A stretch of 64,000 bases of DNA from a virus, in the IMG/VR virus record IMGVR_UViG_3300044878_000051, positions 30,031 to 94,030 of that record; one strand, 5' to 3'. Positions 10,912 to 21,261 of this stretch are shown piece by piece; position 1 is the stretch's first letter, and each line of letters opens with the position of its first letter. Both the position numbers and the translations under genes were made by a program. The notes under the pieces are model-generated. The model was given only the letters and a program-made list of their open reading frames with translations, was not told where the DNA came from and did no database searches.

Positions 10912-11256
10912 ATGGCAATGCCAATTGAATCGTTGTTGGTTAATTCGGGAGCAGCTATCTATTACGACGCTGGCTTCCGACGCGTTCTTGAAACCCACAT
11001 GGGTCTTCTACGCAACCTAGCCTCAACACAGCTAATACAGATCGAAGCACAACTGGCGTACAAGTACGAGTTCGACTTCTACGGCCTGTTGCAGGAAAGG
11101 GGTGTGGCTGAACATCTCCACTGGGTTATCCTTCGTGTGAACGACATGGTTGACCCGCGAGAGTTCAGAGCGACGATGGATCGGTTGTATGTTCCTTCGG
11201 CGGAAGTTGTTGATGCCATCCGAAAGCTCCACATGACCAGCGCCACCAAGATTTAA
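10912..11256 (+). CDS. Small conserved protein, possibly LysM/T4 gp53-like baseplate wedge protein
   Basis: FYGLL...HWVILRVNDMVDP resembles the gp53/LysM pattern. The function is inferred. Confidence 0.6.
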   Translation: MAMPIESLLVNSGAAIYYDAGFRRVLETHMGLLRNLASTQLIQIEAQLAYKYEFDFYGLLQERGVAEHLHWVILRVNDMVDPREFRATMDRLYVPSAEVVDAIRKLHMTSATKI

Positions 11257-11264
11257 ACCACGAC

Positions 11265-11304
11265 AAAAAAAGAAAGGGAGCGTGAGCCCCCTTTCTTTAT
11301 GCCG
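11265..11304. terminator. Bidirectional terminator followed by TTATGCCG
   Basis: AAAGAAAGGG...CCCTTTCTTT hairpin between convergent genes. Confidence 0.8.
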
Positions 11305-11305
11305 C

Positions 11306-12640
11306 TTAGATCCCGTTCGGGAACATTACCGCAGGCTGGTTAAAGCCTTGGGGTTGCTGATTGAAGAACCCCTGCGGTTGTGCCGGTTGAACGTAGCCAC
11401 CACGAGTCACTTGTACTTGTGGTTGCGCGAACTGTTGCGGTTGGTTACGGAACAGCGATGGTTGTTGGAACTGCTGTTGCTGCTGGAACATCGCTTGTTG
11501 CTGTTGCAGAGCTGGGTTGTGCGAGACAACCGAGTTCCACGACAGGCCGGCGCCGGTTTTGGCCACAGGGGCTGCTACTGGTGCAGGTTGCTGGGTGAAG
11601 CCAGTCGGAGCAGGAGCAGGTTGCTCGTTCCACGGTGGAATGAAACCAGTCGGTGCAGCGGCTGCCGCAGGTTTGGCTTCAGACTCACGGTCGATCACAG
11701 CTTGTGCGAACTTGCTGGTATCAACTTGTGGGTGCTGGTGCGGTTTGGCTGGAGCGCTGGATTCAGCACTGTCACCCAAGTCGCCTTCGTTACCAGTCAG
11801 CGACGGGATCAGATCCCGGTACTGAGCCAGATCGCCGATGTGCTTCTCGAAGCCCAGCTCGATGTGCAGGTCCTGCGGATTGTCCAGGTGTTTCTTGAAC
11901 AGGTTGGTCACCTTGTTCAGTTTGCCGGCAATCTTCGCGTAGCTGGTCAGTAGGGCGTGCAGGTTCGGAGCAGCCAAGCTGTTGCTACCGAAGGAGTAGG
12001 TTTCACCCTCGGCATCAGGCAGCACGTAGTTGAACAAGGCGGTGATGGCCTTCTTGTTCTTCAGGCTGTTCAGGTTTACGCCACAAGCGTAAGTCCCTTC
12101 CGACTTCAGTTCCTGGATCAGCGGGAAGTCCACTACGCACACGCGCTGGAACTTCTTGCCCTTGAACTCGCCACCACGCTTGATGTACATGTTGAACAGA
12201 CGGTGATCACCATCAATCGACACGACGTCCAGCAGCTTTTCCAGCTTGGTCAGAGTTTCTTCCTTGACGTTCGGGATCAGGTCAAGGAATTCGTTCTGGG
12301 TGGGCGACAACTTCTTGTGGTAGTCGTGGTCCACCGCGATGCCCATCAGTTCAGTAACCAAGCAAGTGGCTACCGAGGTCAGGCGGTTCAGGCAGGCGAT
12401 CTTCAGCTTACGGAAGACTGGGGATTCCCCACGGATGATCGCTTCGGACAACGGGTGGAATGCCACGGTGTTTGCCCAGTCCGGGTTTGCCAGTACGTCA
12501 TGTACCGGCAGCACCAGACGTTTACCACTAACTTGCACCGGCACTTTGTGGTTGCCGATCACGAAGCTGATCAAGTGGTTTTCATCGACCTCGAAGTTGA
12601 TGGACTTCAGAATCGACTGATACAACTCGATGATAGTCAT
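11306..12640 (-). CDS. Chimallivirus core protein (phiKZ gp70-like) with a Q/P-rich disordered tail
   Basis: Synteny between the PicA-like gene and nvRNAP betaC; ATGA overlap with the upstream gene. Confidence 0.7.
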   Translation of the reverse strand: MTIIELYQSILKSINFEVDENHLISFVIGNHKVPVQVSGKRLVLPVHDVLANPDWANTVAFHPLSEAIIRGESPVFRKLKIACLNRLTSVATCLVTELMGIAVDHDYHKKLSPTQNEFLDLIPNVKEETLTKLEKLLDVVSIDGDHRLFNMYIKRGGEFKGKKFQRVCVVDFPLIQELKSEGTYACGVNLNSLKNKKAITALFNYVLPDAEGETYSFGSNSLAAPNLHALLTSYAKIAGKLNKVTNLFKKHLDNPQDLHIELGFEKHIGDLAQYRDLIPSLTGNEGDLGDSAESSAPAKPHQHPQVDTSKFAQAVIDRESEAKPAAAAAPTGFIPPWNEQPAPAPTGFTQQPAPVAAPVAKTGAGLSWNSVVSHNPALQQQQAMFQQQQQFQQPSLFRNQPQQFAQPQVQVTRGGYVQPAQPQGFFNQQPQGFNQPAVMFPNGI

Positions 12641-14163
12641 AGTTGACCTTCCCAAGGGTTATGGATATTGCCGCCAGCAGGTGGGACGACGAGATTATTG
12701 GACTGTGCGTGCTGGTGGTGTTGAGCCATACCTTGCGCAGCAGAGTGTTTGATGTCCAGGTTGTTGGCCACGGTGTCGAAGTCTTTCACCAAGCCGAATA
12801 CTGCTTCTTGGTTATACGACATCACCGGAGCTGTCAGGGCATCAGCGAAACCAGTGAAGCAATGAGGAGTCATTGGTCCGCCGTTCAGCGACATGCTGAC
12901 GTAGGTTTCACCGAACATATCCACTTGTACCGACATGCTGAACTTGGTCATGCGGTTGTTGGACAGACCCACCAACACACTGCCGATCAGACGCTGACGG
13001 AATGTCTCGATATAACGAGTCATGTCCATCTGTGCAAACGACAGGTAGTTCGGTGCGATGTCTACCACGTACTCGCCACCGATGGTGTCGTTGGTCGCAG
13101 TGAACATCAGGCCAGTCAACATCAGTTCCGACATCAGTGCAGGAACTTCACGGGCCACTGTGGTAGCCGCCATGCACTCAGGCGTAGCTGCTGCGAGGTT
13201 AGCCGTGGAACCAGCGTGGTGCAATTGCTGGGTGTACTTGGATTCGCCGCCCGTTACACCGGCAACGCTATCCAGCCCAGGACTGACCTGACACAGCGAA
13301 CCGTACGTGATGCTACCGTCTTCGTTGAAGTTCAACGTCCGACAGATCGCATGGAACAGTGGGTCTTCGTTGATCACCGACTCAGCCACGTTACCGATGG
13401 CGTAAGACATGGCGTCCGCAGGAGTAGCCACGCCACCCATTGCGTTAGTGACCGAATCCCGATAGTTGCTCAGGATCGACGACATGTAGACGTTGGTCAG
13501 TTCGTTGGAACGGCGAGACTTCTTCGGCAGCAAGTCAGCGAACAACAGACGACCATCGGCGTACGGCTCATTGCCAGATTGCATCGACACTTCCAGCACG
13601 CTGAAGATGTCTTCCGGGCGAGTAGCGTAAGCCACTTGCGACTGGTCTTGGTTGAAGCTCGGGTTGTACTTACCGAACAGCAGGTGACTGGAATCAATCA
13701 CCGAGGAACGGACAGCATTGCCGTGGCCAGCATCGTACGTGCTGTGTTGCAGCGTAACGGTGTTGTTGAAGTACAGCTTCATGTTCTTGTCGAACACCAC
13801 TTGGTTGCCGGCGATCCGGGTGTAGCCGGGATAGTCGGTGTAACCCGTGACGTAGCTGGTCAGGTTGGCACCCATCGCCTGACTTTGCACTTCCATCATG
13901 AAACGCAGGCGCTGTTCGCCCCAGCCGTTTGCAATCTGGATGCCAGTCATGATGTCCGCTTTAGGACGCAGCAGTTGACCAGAGAATGGAGCCAACACAC
14001 CCGCGTTGATGTTACGACCACCTTTGGTCACTTCTTGCAGGATCGACATCGACTGGTAGTCAACGTTGTCACCCAGGTAAAACGGGCGGAGGAACTGATC
14101 GCCGTACGTACCAGTAGGGCAGAACAGCAACTTGGTAATCTGGAAGCTAGAGCGAGGGTTCAT
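12637..14163 (-). CDS. picA: Phage-nucleus protein import factor PicA/Imp1 (phiKZ gp69-like)
   Basis: 508 aa, immediately downstream of the gp68-like gene in the conserved gp67-gp70 block. Assigned mainly by synteny. Confidence 0.7.
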   Translation of the reverse strand: MNPRSSFQITKLLFCPTGTYGDQFLRPFYLGDNVDYQSMSILQEVTKGGRNINAGVLAPFSGQLLRPKADIMTGIQIANGWGEQRLRFMMEVQSQAMGANLTSYVTGYTDYPGYTRIAGNQVVFDKNMKLYFNNTVTLQHSTYDAGHGNAVRSSVIDSSHLLFGKYNPSFNQDQSQVAYATRPEDIFSVLEVSMQSGNEPYADGRLLFADLLPKKSRRSNELTNVYMSSILSNYRDSVTNAMGGVATPADAMSYAIGNVAESVINEDPLFHAICRTLNFNEDGSITYGSLCQVSPGLDSVAGVTGGESKYTQQLHHAGSTANLAAATPECMAATTVAREVPALMSELMLTGLMFTATNDTIGGEYVVDIAPNYLSFAQMDMTRYIETFRQRLIGSVLVGLSNNRMTKFSMSVQVDMFGETYVSMSLNGGPMTPHCFTGFADALTAPVMSYNQEAVFGLVKDFDTVANNLDIKHSAAQGMAQHHQHAQSNNLVVPPAGGNIHNPWEGQL

Positions 14164-14193
14164 CTTTTCTTCGACCTTCTTTAGTCAGGGAGA

Positions 14194-15714
14194 TTAGGTT
14201 GGGACGCGTTCGAGGATCAGGCGAGCCAACTGGTTCTTGATTTCAGCCGGTACTACCATGTCGCCGTTCACAACGTGCTTCGCTACATCTGGCAGCAACT
14301 GTGGAGGCAAGTTCAACGACCAATAGCACTTGGACATTTCACTGGTCAACAGGTTGATTGCACGGATGGCGACGTTGTTCTGACGATCCGACTGTGGCTT
14401 ACCACCAACACGCTGGGCGTATGGGTAGCGTTCCATCAACTGTGCGATGTACTCTTTGGAGACGCGTGCACGGAAATCACCCGTAGCCAGTGCGTACTCT
14501 TCATCATAGATCGCAGGTTGAGCAGTCATCAGCGCTGCCAACTCTTTGTAGCCCCAGTGCCACAGCAACGCTTGAGTCACCCCAATCGTACGCAACAGTG
14601 CTGGTTTGCTCAGGCTTGGGATAGCCCGTGCGGACAGCGAACGAGCCATTACCCACTGACACAGAGTCATGTGGTGCTGGTCAATCCGCATGTTGGTCAT
14701 CTGTGTAGCAATCCCCACGAACCCTTCGACTAACTCGACTGGTACGGTTGGATCGACCTTCACCGCCATAGCAGTGTAGTTCTCTGTATAAACAGACAGC
14801 ATGATGATGTCGCCGTTGGACACCTCTTGCTTGATCTTGTAGTTCTCAGCCGAAGACATGTTGTCCTCTTCAGCTTTCTCCGCAGCATTGCGCTTCGGAA
14901 TGATGCTACCCGCTTTCCAGAAGTTCCGGTCGAGCGAGTTCAAACTGGTGTCGATGGTGTGGAATACGTTGGAGATCACGCTGGAGTTGTTATCCTCCAC
15001 GGTCACTTCACCGATACTCACCTTCCGTACGATTACCTTTGCCAACAACCAGTCTGGCAATTCGGTAGACCCCAACGACTTGAAGACGGCCCCGTTAGAG
15101 ACTTTCTCCAGTTGTGCGTAGGAATCAATGTACACCCGCAGACGATCCATGGGTGGACAATCGTACAACCACGATTCGCTGATCAGCGACATCGCGTACC
15201 ATTCCTTGTAGTTGTTGCCAACTTCGCGGAAGATCTGTTCCACGTATTCGCCGAAGATGGGAACCATCGGGCGCATCGCTACCGACATCACACCAAGCTG
15301 GTAGTAGTCGTCGCGCAAATACGTTTTGTTCTGCGGCTTGTCATCGTACTCGGTTTTGGTAGTCGTCGGGATAACCACCTTACCGTGCATCCGCATCCAG
15401 CTAGTGAGATCGTCACTAGGAATGCAGCCGTACATTTCACGAACCAGCTTGATCAGACGTTTCTTCATCCGATCTTTATCCGCTACAGTCTTGATGACTT
15501 CGTGGATTGCGACGTAGTGCGCCCAGATCGCATCCTGCTGGTGCGAAGGGAGAGATGCAAAGAATGCGTTGCACTGTGTGAACAGGTTCGGCAAGTCTTT
15601 GAAATTGTTCCGACGGTAGATAATCGAAACGCCCCAGTCTAGAAACTCATCGCCGTGCACGGTACGGAGTGTGGTGAGTTCGCTAGCCTTTTCACTGATG
15701 TTATCAATACGCAT
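14194..15714 (-). CDS. nvRNAP sigma-like subunit (phiKZ gp68-like)
   Basis: 506 aa; synteny in the core block; TYLRDDYYQL...RPMVPIFGEY segment as recalled for this family. Confidence 0.75.
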   Translation of the reverse strand: MRIDNISEKASELTTLRTVHGDEFLDWGVSIIYRRNNFKDLPNLFTQCNAFFASLPSHQQDAIWAHYVAIHEVIKTVADKDRMKKRLIKLVREMYGCIPSDDLTSWMRMHGKVVIPTTTKTEYDDKPQNKTYLRDDYYQLGVMSVAMRPMVPIFGEYVEQIFREVGNNYKEWYAMSLISESWLYDCPPMDRLRVYIDSYAQLEKVSNGAVFKSLGSTELPDWLLAKVIVRKVSIGEVTVEDNNSSVISNVFHTIDTSLNSLDRNFWKAGSIIPKRNAAEKAEEDNMSSAENYKIKQEVSNGDIIMLSVYTENYTAMAVKVDPTVPVELVEGFVGIATQMTNMRIDQHHMTLCQWVMARSLSARAIPSLSKPALLRTIGVTQALLWHWGYKELAALMTAQPAIYDEEYALATGDFRARVSKEYIAQLMERYPYAQRVGGKPQSDRQNNVAIRAINLLTSEMSKCYWSLNLPPQLLPDVAKHVVNGDMVVPAEIKNQLARLILERVPT

Positions 15715-15743
15715 ACTGGCTTCCTAGTGGAGTACTGCAACTA

Positions 15744-15762
15744 GATGATATATACTTCAAAT
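15744..15762 (-). promoter_or_regulatory. Early-type promoter motif (degenerate)
   Basis: Minus strand ATTTGAAGTATATATCATC upstream of the gp68-like gene. Confidence 0.5.
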
Positions 15763-15863
15763 ATCTTTGTATGGCATAGAGCCAACAGAGAGTCCGGCTA
15801 TGGGGGATAGTGGACTTAGAGTCGGGCCAGGTCGTATTGACCCAGCCCTCCTCTCATCAGTAG

Positions 15864-16580
15864 TTACATCGGGAAGTCGTCGTCATCGAAACCGCCAGCG
15901 GACTGGTTGCTCGATTCGTTACGTTGTTTCCAGCCACCGCCACCGCCGCCTTGTTGGCCACCGCCACCACCTTGACGCTGTTGTTGACCGCCACCACCGT
16001 TGAAGTCTTTCTTCACCGGTTCAACGTATTCCTTCACGGCCACGGCAGCCATCATGCTTTGCAGCATTGCGCGGTAGCCACGCAGGAAGTAGTTGGAGGC
16101 CGCACGCTTGTCCAGCGGGTTGCCGTCGGTGCCGATCATGGCGTGGTAGTTCGAAGGCAGCAGGTTGAACTTCAGGTACGGACGATCTTTCGCCACGACC
16201 GCGATGAACAGGCAGCCTTCTTTGTCGCGACCGACGCAGGTGGTCGAGATCAGTTTCGGCTGTTCCGAACGCTTGCCTTCGAAGAAGGTGTGGTTCAGGT
16301 TCTGGATCTTCAGCACCATGCCGTCTTCCAGGGTCAGCGCGTCTTGCATCGCTTCGAGCAACATGTAGAACGTTGGCATGTCCATCGCAGCGCGGATGTT
16401 ACCGTTCTGCTTGTCGTTCGGGACGTTGGTGTAAACGTCGATACGTGGGTTGTTGCTTACCAGCGAGATCGCGAACGAGCCAGGCTTTTGTGCGCCCTGA
16501 ACTGGTGGGCAAGACAGACGCAGTTTGAATTCGTCCAATGCGTTCTTGGCGCGAGGTGGTGCTTGAAAGTTACCGGCCAT
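15864..16580 (-). CDS. chmC: Nucleus-associated nucleic-acid-binding protein, ChmC-like (phiKZ gp67-like)
   Basis: Directly upstream of the gp68-like gene; folded N-domain plus a G/Q-rich tail ending DDDDFPM. Confidence 0.7.
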   Translation of the reverse strand: MAGNFQAPPRAKNALDEFKLRLSCPPVQGAQKPGSFAISLVSNNPRIDVYTNVPNDKQNGNIRAAMDMPTFYMLLEAMQDALTLEDGMVLKIQNLNHTFFEGKRSEQPKLISTTCVGRDKEGCLFIAVVAKDRPYLKFNLLPSNYHAMIGTDGNPLDKRAASNYFLRGYRAMLQSMMAAVAVKEYVEPVKKDFNGGGGQQQRQGGGGGQQGGGGGGWKQRNESSNQSAGGFDDDDFPM

Positions 16581-16650
16581 TTTTGAATCTCCAGGCTTTT
16601 TTGTTTCGTACAAATTATGGGAGTTCCCCGTATTTCAATACAGGGAGTCG

Positions 16651-17499
16651 TTAAAACATCGAGAGAATGATACCTTTAAAGACTGGATGTAACGGCTCAG
16701 CTTTAATGTCCGATCGCATCTTGTCCAGCGACGTCGTCGGATTCCAACGGCGTGCTTCGGCTAACTCAATGATTTGTTTCTTTTCCTTTGCAGGAAAGGT
16801 GCCAAAATGAACCCCGTCACCAAAGAACTGTAACGTTACATGGTTGAAGGGCATTCTCGCAAGGTCCTTGCCTCCGGTCAGCTTGCTGTTCCAGGAAGTG
16901 TAGGACTTCACCTTGCCTGTGTGTGACTCTAACAGGCGAAGTTTGGTGAAGTTGTAGCGGGACAACAAATCCACAGGCATGTGGGTGATGATCAAAGCAT
17001 CGGCGTTGTTCCCAGCCAATTTGAGGTCTGACATCAGGATCGGTTCGAACACTGCGTCAGTCATCTTGGTAATCGCGGTGTCTTCCAAACCACGGAAGAA
17101 CTGTTGCTTCTCTGTCTTCAACTCCCTATGAAAGCAGTGTGGGTATTCCCGCATGATGCTTTTATAAGACTGACAGTAGAACACCACCTTGCAGCCACCG
17201 TGCGTGTAACGATCCACAGCGGCTTGGATGATCTGCATTTCTGAGGTTATCGCATCCACCAGAGGATCGGGGAACACCTTGCTTTGGTCAGCGGACGGGA
17301 TCGCGCCAAGGATGTTCCTTATTAATGTACGCACGTTGATCCACAGCGCATTCGCTGAAAGGATCGGGGGTTTGTTCTTATGCTCCGGGTGGTCTTCCGA
17401 AATACCCAAAGCACTTTCAATCGCTAAAGCCGTAGCAATGGAAACGGGGACTTGCGTCCCCACCTCACGATCAGCTAGGACTTGGTAGTACTTGTCCAT
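16651..17499 (-). CDS. Conserved core protein (phiKZ gp66-like), possibly PIN/FEN-like fold
   Basis: Synteny with SbcD; LWINVRTLIRN and LIITHMPVDLL segments. The fold is inferred. Confidence 0.65.
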   Translation of the reverse strand: MDKYYQVLADREVGTQVPVSIATALAIESALGISEDHPEHKNKPPILSANALWINVRTLIRNILGAIPSADQSKVFPDPLVDAITSEMQIIQAAVDRYTHGGCKVVFYCQSYKSIMREYPHCFHRELKTEKQQFFRGLEDTAITKMTDAVFEPILMSDLKLAGNNADALIITHMPVDLLSRYNFTKLRLLESHTGKVKSYTSWNSKLTGGKDLARMPFNHVTLQFFGDGVHFGTFPAKEKKQIIELAEARRWNPTTSLDKMRSDIKAEPLHPVFKGIILSMF

Positions 17500-18607
17500 T
17501 CAACAACTCCTGAGTGGCTGCGATCAGCACGGGATCGTCAGTACGCTCCCGAACGCGTTTCATGACCATCTCAACAATATTGTCGGGAGTGATGGCAGCA
17601 GGAGTAAACGGAGTGATGATTGCGGAAACGGCTTCCCGGTTGATCTTCTCCCCGCCTACAGTTTTCTGAGTGAGCCAATGTAGCCTGTAACGATCCGTGA
17701 CTTCCTTGAAGCCCACCAGTATCGGTGCACCCTTCTCGGCAATGACCCGCACATGACTGTCAATCGGCATGGTGTTGATCAAGTTGTCGATCTTGGTGAG
17801 AGAGTCCTCAAGGTTCAGACCAGTGCAGTCCACAGACTTGTACAGCTTCGACCCTTCGTTCACGATGAAGCGAATCTCGTGGTCTAGGTTGTCCCGGTCT
17901 ACAGCTACCCGGTAATGACCTTTGTCTTCTTCTTCACCATGGGTCAGTCGATCGAAAGAACCCGCAGCCAGAATGTTACCGTACTGCGAACGCTTGTGGA
18001 TGTGGCCACCGAATACAAAGTACTTGGTGATCTCCATGTAACGCTCAGGAATATGCGTTGGCACTGGAACGTGGGCTGGAAGCTGGTAGTTGAACGCACC
18101 GTGCAAGACAGTGAAGTCTACCTGTGTCAAACCCTTCTCATGCAATTCCTTACACACGTCTTTCCAAACGTCGTCGGTCTCGTGTTTCCATTCGTCTGGG
18201 ACGTACAGAACATTGATACCGAAACGTTCGATGTGTTCAATCGACAACGACTCTACCCACTTGATGTCGCAGCCGATCCCGGCCACTTCATTCTCAGTGA
18301 CAAAGTGCACCGATTGCTTCCAGTCGTGTGAAGGCGTGCCCTCCAGTATCCGCACCACAATGTCGCGGCGCTTACACATATTCAGGAACATGAACATCCA
18401 GCGACGAATCAGCGCGATGTTGGTGTCCGGGTATGTGGTCAGGCGGTCAAACAGATCGCCAGCAATAATGATCAGATCCAGCTCACCGGTCTCAGCGTTA
18501 TCGGGAAACGCTTTGTACAGGTTCTTCAGGATGTGTTCAGTGGAGGTTTTGTTGTGCAATAGGTGAACGTCCCCCAGCTCACCTATACGCAGCTTACGCC
18601 AGGTCAT
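17471..18607 (-). CDS. sbcD: SbcD/Mre11-like metallophosphoesterase nuclease
   Basis: GDVH, AGDLFD, GTPSHD, LHG and GHIH calcineurin-like motifs. Confidence 0.9.
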   Translation of the reverse strand: MTWRKLRIGELGDVHLLHNKTSTEHILKNLYKAFPDNAETGELDLIIIAGDLFDRLTTYPDTNIALIRRWMFMFLNMCKRRDIVVRILEGTPSHDWKQSVHFVTENEVAGIGCDIKWVESLSIEHIERFGINVLYVPDEWKHETDDVWKDVCKELHEKGLTQVDFTVLHGAFNYQLPAHVPVPTHIPERYMEITKYFVFGGHIHKRSQYGNILAAGSFDRLTHGEEEDKGHYRVAVDRDNLDHEIRFIVNEGSKLYKSVDCTGLNLEDSLTKIDNLINTMPIDSHVRVIAEKGAPILVGFKEVTDRYRLHWLTQKTVGGEKINREAVSAIITPFTPAAITPDNIVEMVMKRVRERTDDPVLIAATQELLNGQVLPSPS

Positions 18608-19154
18608 ATTCGTCCGAAAGGAAATTACCTGTGTCCAACGCCGGAGTAACTGGAGCAGCCTTAGCCGCTTCAATCTCTTCAGGAGTGTCTGTGAAGGCCG
18701 TCACGTTGTAGAACGCAAAGACCTTACGCCACTCTGCGATCTCCTTCGGATCGAGCACACCGTCCTTCATACGGCCATTCAGCACGTTCTTCAGGTAACG
18801 CTGACCGAGCTTAGGTAGGACTTCGTCTTTCTGTACTGCTTTGGAAATGTGCTCGAACATCGAGTCACGAGGACCGTGGGCTTTGTGCAGGTTCATTGGG
18901 CGACCAATCGCCGGACACTTGAACAGGAACTCGTTACCACGCCACACAGTCAGGGGACGCTGGACCGAGTCCGACCAGCGGAGCCACGGACCGTAGTCCT
19001 TAACAGGTTCCTTGCTGATAATCATCGGGAGAATCGTGGTACGGAAGACGTCTTCCTGTACTCGGGGTAAATCTTCTTCGAATGCTTTTGCCAATACTTC
19101 GAACGCGTTTTTAACTTCGTCTGTATTGGGTACCGGTGCGCTTAGTGGGTTCAT
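18594..19154 (-). CDS. Conserved hypothetical protein
   Basis: 186-aa ORF with AGGAG SD; overlaps the sbcD start. Confidence 0.75.
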   Translation of the reverse strand: MNPLSAPVPNTDEVKNAFEVLAKAFEEDLPRVQEDVFRTTILPMIISKEPVKDYGPWLRWSDSVQRPLTVWRGNEFLFKCPAIGRPMNLHKAHGPRDSMFEHISKAVQKDEVLPKLGQRYLKNVLNGRMKDGVLDPKEIAEWRKVFAFYNVTAFTDTPEEIEAAKAAPVTPALDTGNFLSDEYDLA

Positions 19155-19238
19155 TAGTTATTTCTCCTACAAAACTCCTAGGGCTGTTATACCCTAGGAG
19201 TTTTGTATAAAGAGTTACGTTTGATTGATGGCGGTACT

Positions 19239-19769
19239 TTATTCAGACTGCTCGACGACGGCTACGGACGTTTCGTCCACAGGCTCGTCAGTCAAGCGGT
19301 GTACTTCAACGAAGTACACTTTGTTCGGCACTTGACCGACTTGTGCAGCGAATTCACGGGTGAGCAGTTCAACCATGATCGGTTCAACCGGCGCCGAGTC
19401 AAACACGTCTTCGCCGTCACGGCGAGTGTGAATGTTGAGCTGGTTCGGGCAGATCGGATGGTCAGGACCGTCCAGGTATACGCGGTACATACTATTAACA
19501 GACAGCGCTTCCAGGAAGGTGAACATGATCTGCGGGGCCGGTGGCGCTTGGTGATCGTGGTCGTGGTTGAGATGACCGAGCGCGCTCAACTGCGTGCGGT
19601 GCATCTGGTTCACGTTCACGGACAGGTCACGAATGGCCGACATGATGGTGTTTTCCAGGAAGTCAAGGCGCTTCTCCAGGAATTCCACTCGCTCCTGAGT
19701 TGTAGGCTTGGCTGGCTGACGTGGGTCTGGAGTGTGCAGGTTATGCAGGTCTTGGTCTTTAGGTAGCAT
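19239..19769 (-). CDS. Hypothetical protein
   Basis: 176-aa ORF with SD. Confidence 0.7.
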   Translation of the reverse strand: MLPKDQDLHNLHTPDPRQPAKPTTQERVEFLEKRLDFLENTIMSAIRDLSVNVNQMHRTQLSALGHLNHDHDHQAPPAPQIMFTFLEALSVNSMYRVYLDGPDHPICPNQLNIHTRRDGEDVFDSAPVEPIMVELLTREFAAQVGQVPNKVYFVEVHRLTDEPVDETSVAVVEQSE

Positions 19770-19778
19770 TCTCTTTCC

Positions 19779-20183
19779 TTATTTACCGTTGTTTGCATCG
19801 AAGATCGCTACAACCTTCGAATTGATGATTTGAAGTTGCTTACCCACGCTGTACGAGACACCGTCTTGGCCAACCGTTGCATCCACCATGAGATTTAACT
19901 CCCCCGGTTTGTTGGGGTCATCAACCGTAACTGTCACGTCCACTTGGACTCGGTCAAAGTATGGTCTTAGCAAGTTGGTCAGAGCCTTGTTGGTTTCTGA
20001 CAGCAATAGGCTTTGGTTTTCCGTAGTGATCTTGATGATGTACGGAAGCGAAGCAATGTTGCCACGGTACAGGTGGCTCTGGGAGTAATCACTTACAAAG
20101 AAGTAACCTACCAGCTTGTCGAGTTTCTCTGAAATGTTCCCTACCCAACCGGAAGCACTCAGACTAGGTACTTGCACTGCCAT
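19779..20183 (-). CDS. Conserved core protein, possibly T4 gp25-like sheath initiator (phiKZ gp62-like)
   Basis: PSLSASGWV...FFVSDYSQS motif; GGAGG SD and a TATG upstream. The function is inferred. Confidence 0.6.
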   Translation of the reverse strand: MAVQVPSLSASGWVGNISEKLDKLVGYFFVSDYSQSHLYRGNIASLPYIIKITTENQSLLLSETNKALTNLLRPYFDRVQVDVTVTVDDPNKPGELNLMVDATVGQDGVSYSVGKQLQIINSKVVAIFDANNGK

Positions 20184-20233
20184 GAGATGGCCCTCCTATG
20201 AGATCATAGAATGGCTCAACTCTTGCAGCCCAA

Positions 20234-20270
20234 CAAAAAAAGAAGGGGAGCCGAAGCCCCCTTTCAATTT
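20234..20270. terminator. Intrinsic terminator
   Basis: AAAAAAAGAAGGGGAGC-cgaa-GCCCCCTTTC hairpin with a minus-strand U tract. Confidence 0.75.
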
Positions 20271-20886
20271 ACAGTGAGGCGTTGTACTTACTGGTCGGGT
20301 CATCCCGACGCTTACGGATTTCTCGGATGATGTTCAGGCAGGAGTCTTTCAAGTCCATCTGTTCATCGAACCGGAGTTCGTGGTCGCCTTCCAACAACTC
20401 GTCGAAGAAGGTCCACGCTACCCAGCCACCATCTTCGGTCTCTTCGATGATACCGTTGTTGAGACGGTGGTAGTCGTAGTGACCGTGGCCAATCGCATTA
20501 CCGTGGATGTTCTGATAGGTATCAGAGTAGCCATCAATCTGCTGGGCCAAGAACATTTTGCGGATTGTCGGGTCAGCCATGATGTACCGCTGCATGACTA
20601 TTGGAGCATGTTGCATTTGCGCAATCGTTGTCAGATGCTTGATTACGTCAGCATCCCACATCGTCTGGACTGTACGCACCGCTGCACGCGCAGCACGTAA
20701 AGCGTTGTCCCCGAAGAAATGTGCCCACTTCTCCCGAGCTGTGTCCATGAACATCCTACCCGTGTCTGTCAGGTTCTGCGACAGGTTCATCGCTTGGTCT
20801 TTCAGATACTCAATGGTATTCTGGTCACGCGGTGCATACGCCAACTCGTTAAAAGCTAGGGTACCACCTTCAATGTACATCGCCAT
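20269..20886 (-). CDS. Conserved core protein (possibly phiKZ gp59/Imp3-like)
   Basis: MQRYIMADP...GYSDTY...HYDY motif; lies downstream of beta'N. The orthology is uncertain. Confidence 0.55.
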   Translation of the reverse strand: MAMYIEGGTLAFNELAYAPRDQNTIEYLKDQAMNLSQNLTDTGRMFMDTAREKWAHFFGDNALRAARAAVRTVQTMWDADVIKHLTTIAQMQHAPIVMQRYIMADPTIRKMFLAQQIDGYSDTYQNIHGNAIGHGHYDYHRLNNGIIEETEDGGWVAWTFFDELLEGDHELRFDEQMDLKDSCLNIIREIRKRRDDPTSKYNASL

Positions 20887-20929
20887 GGTTACGCTCCTTC
20901 CTCACATACCTTACGGACGGGATGTAAAG

Positions 20930-21208
20930 TTAAACAAGGGAGAAGCCCCGCTGTTCCAGCCATTCTGCCGAAGAGTTAGAAGCCACCAGTGCCATCGAGT
21001 CATCGTCACCGGTTACGAGGTACAGGTCGTACTGGATCTTGCCTTCAGTTTCGCGCTTGCGAGTGGTGAAGGAGATCTTGCGTTCCTCCAGTTCATCACG
21101 CATCTTGGCGAAGTCTTCAGGGGTTTGCTTTACCAGGGTAAGGTACATTGCGGGCGTACTACTCTGCCCGGTTTTCACCATCTCCACTATTTTATCAACA
21201 TTACACAT
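20930..21208 (-). CDS. Hypothetical protein
   Basis: 92-aa ORF with AAGGA SD. Confidence 0.65.
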   Translation of the reverse strand: MCNVDKIVEMVKTGQSSTPAMYLTLVKQTPEDFAKMRDELEERKISFTTRKRETEGKIQYDLYLVTGDDDSMALVASNSSAEWLEQRGFSLV

Positions 21209-21261
21209 AATCGACTTTTCCTTAAAAGCGTGGGGGCACTAAGACCCCCACAGATTCGGGG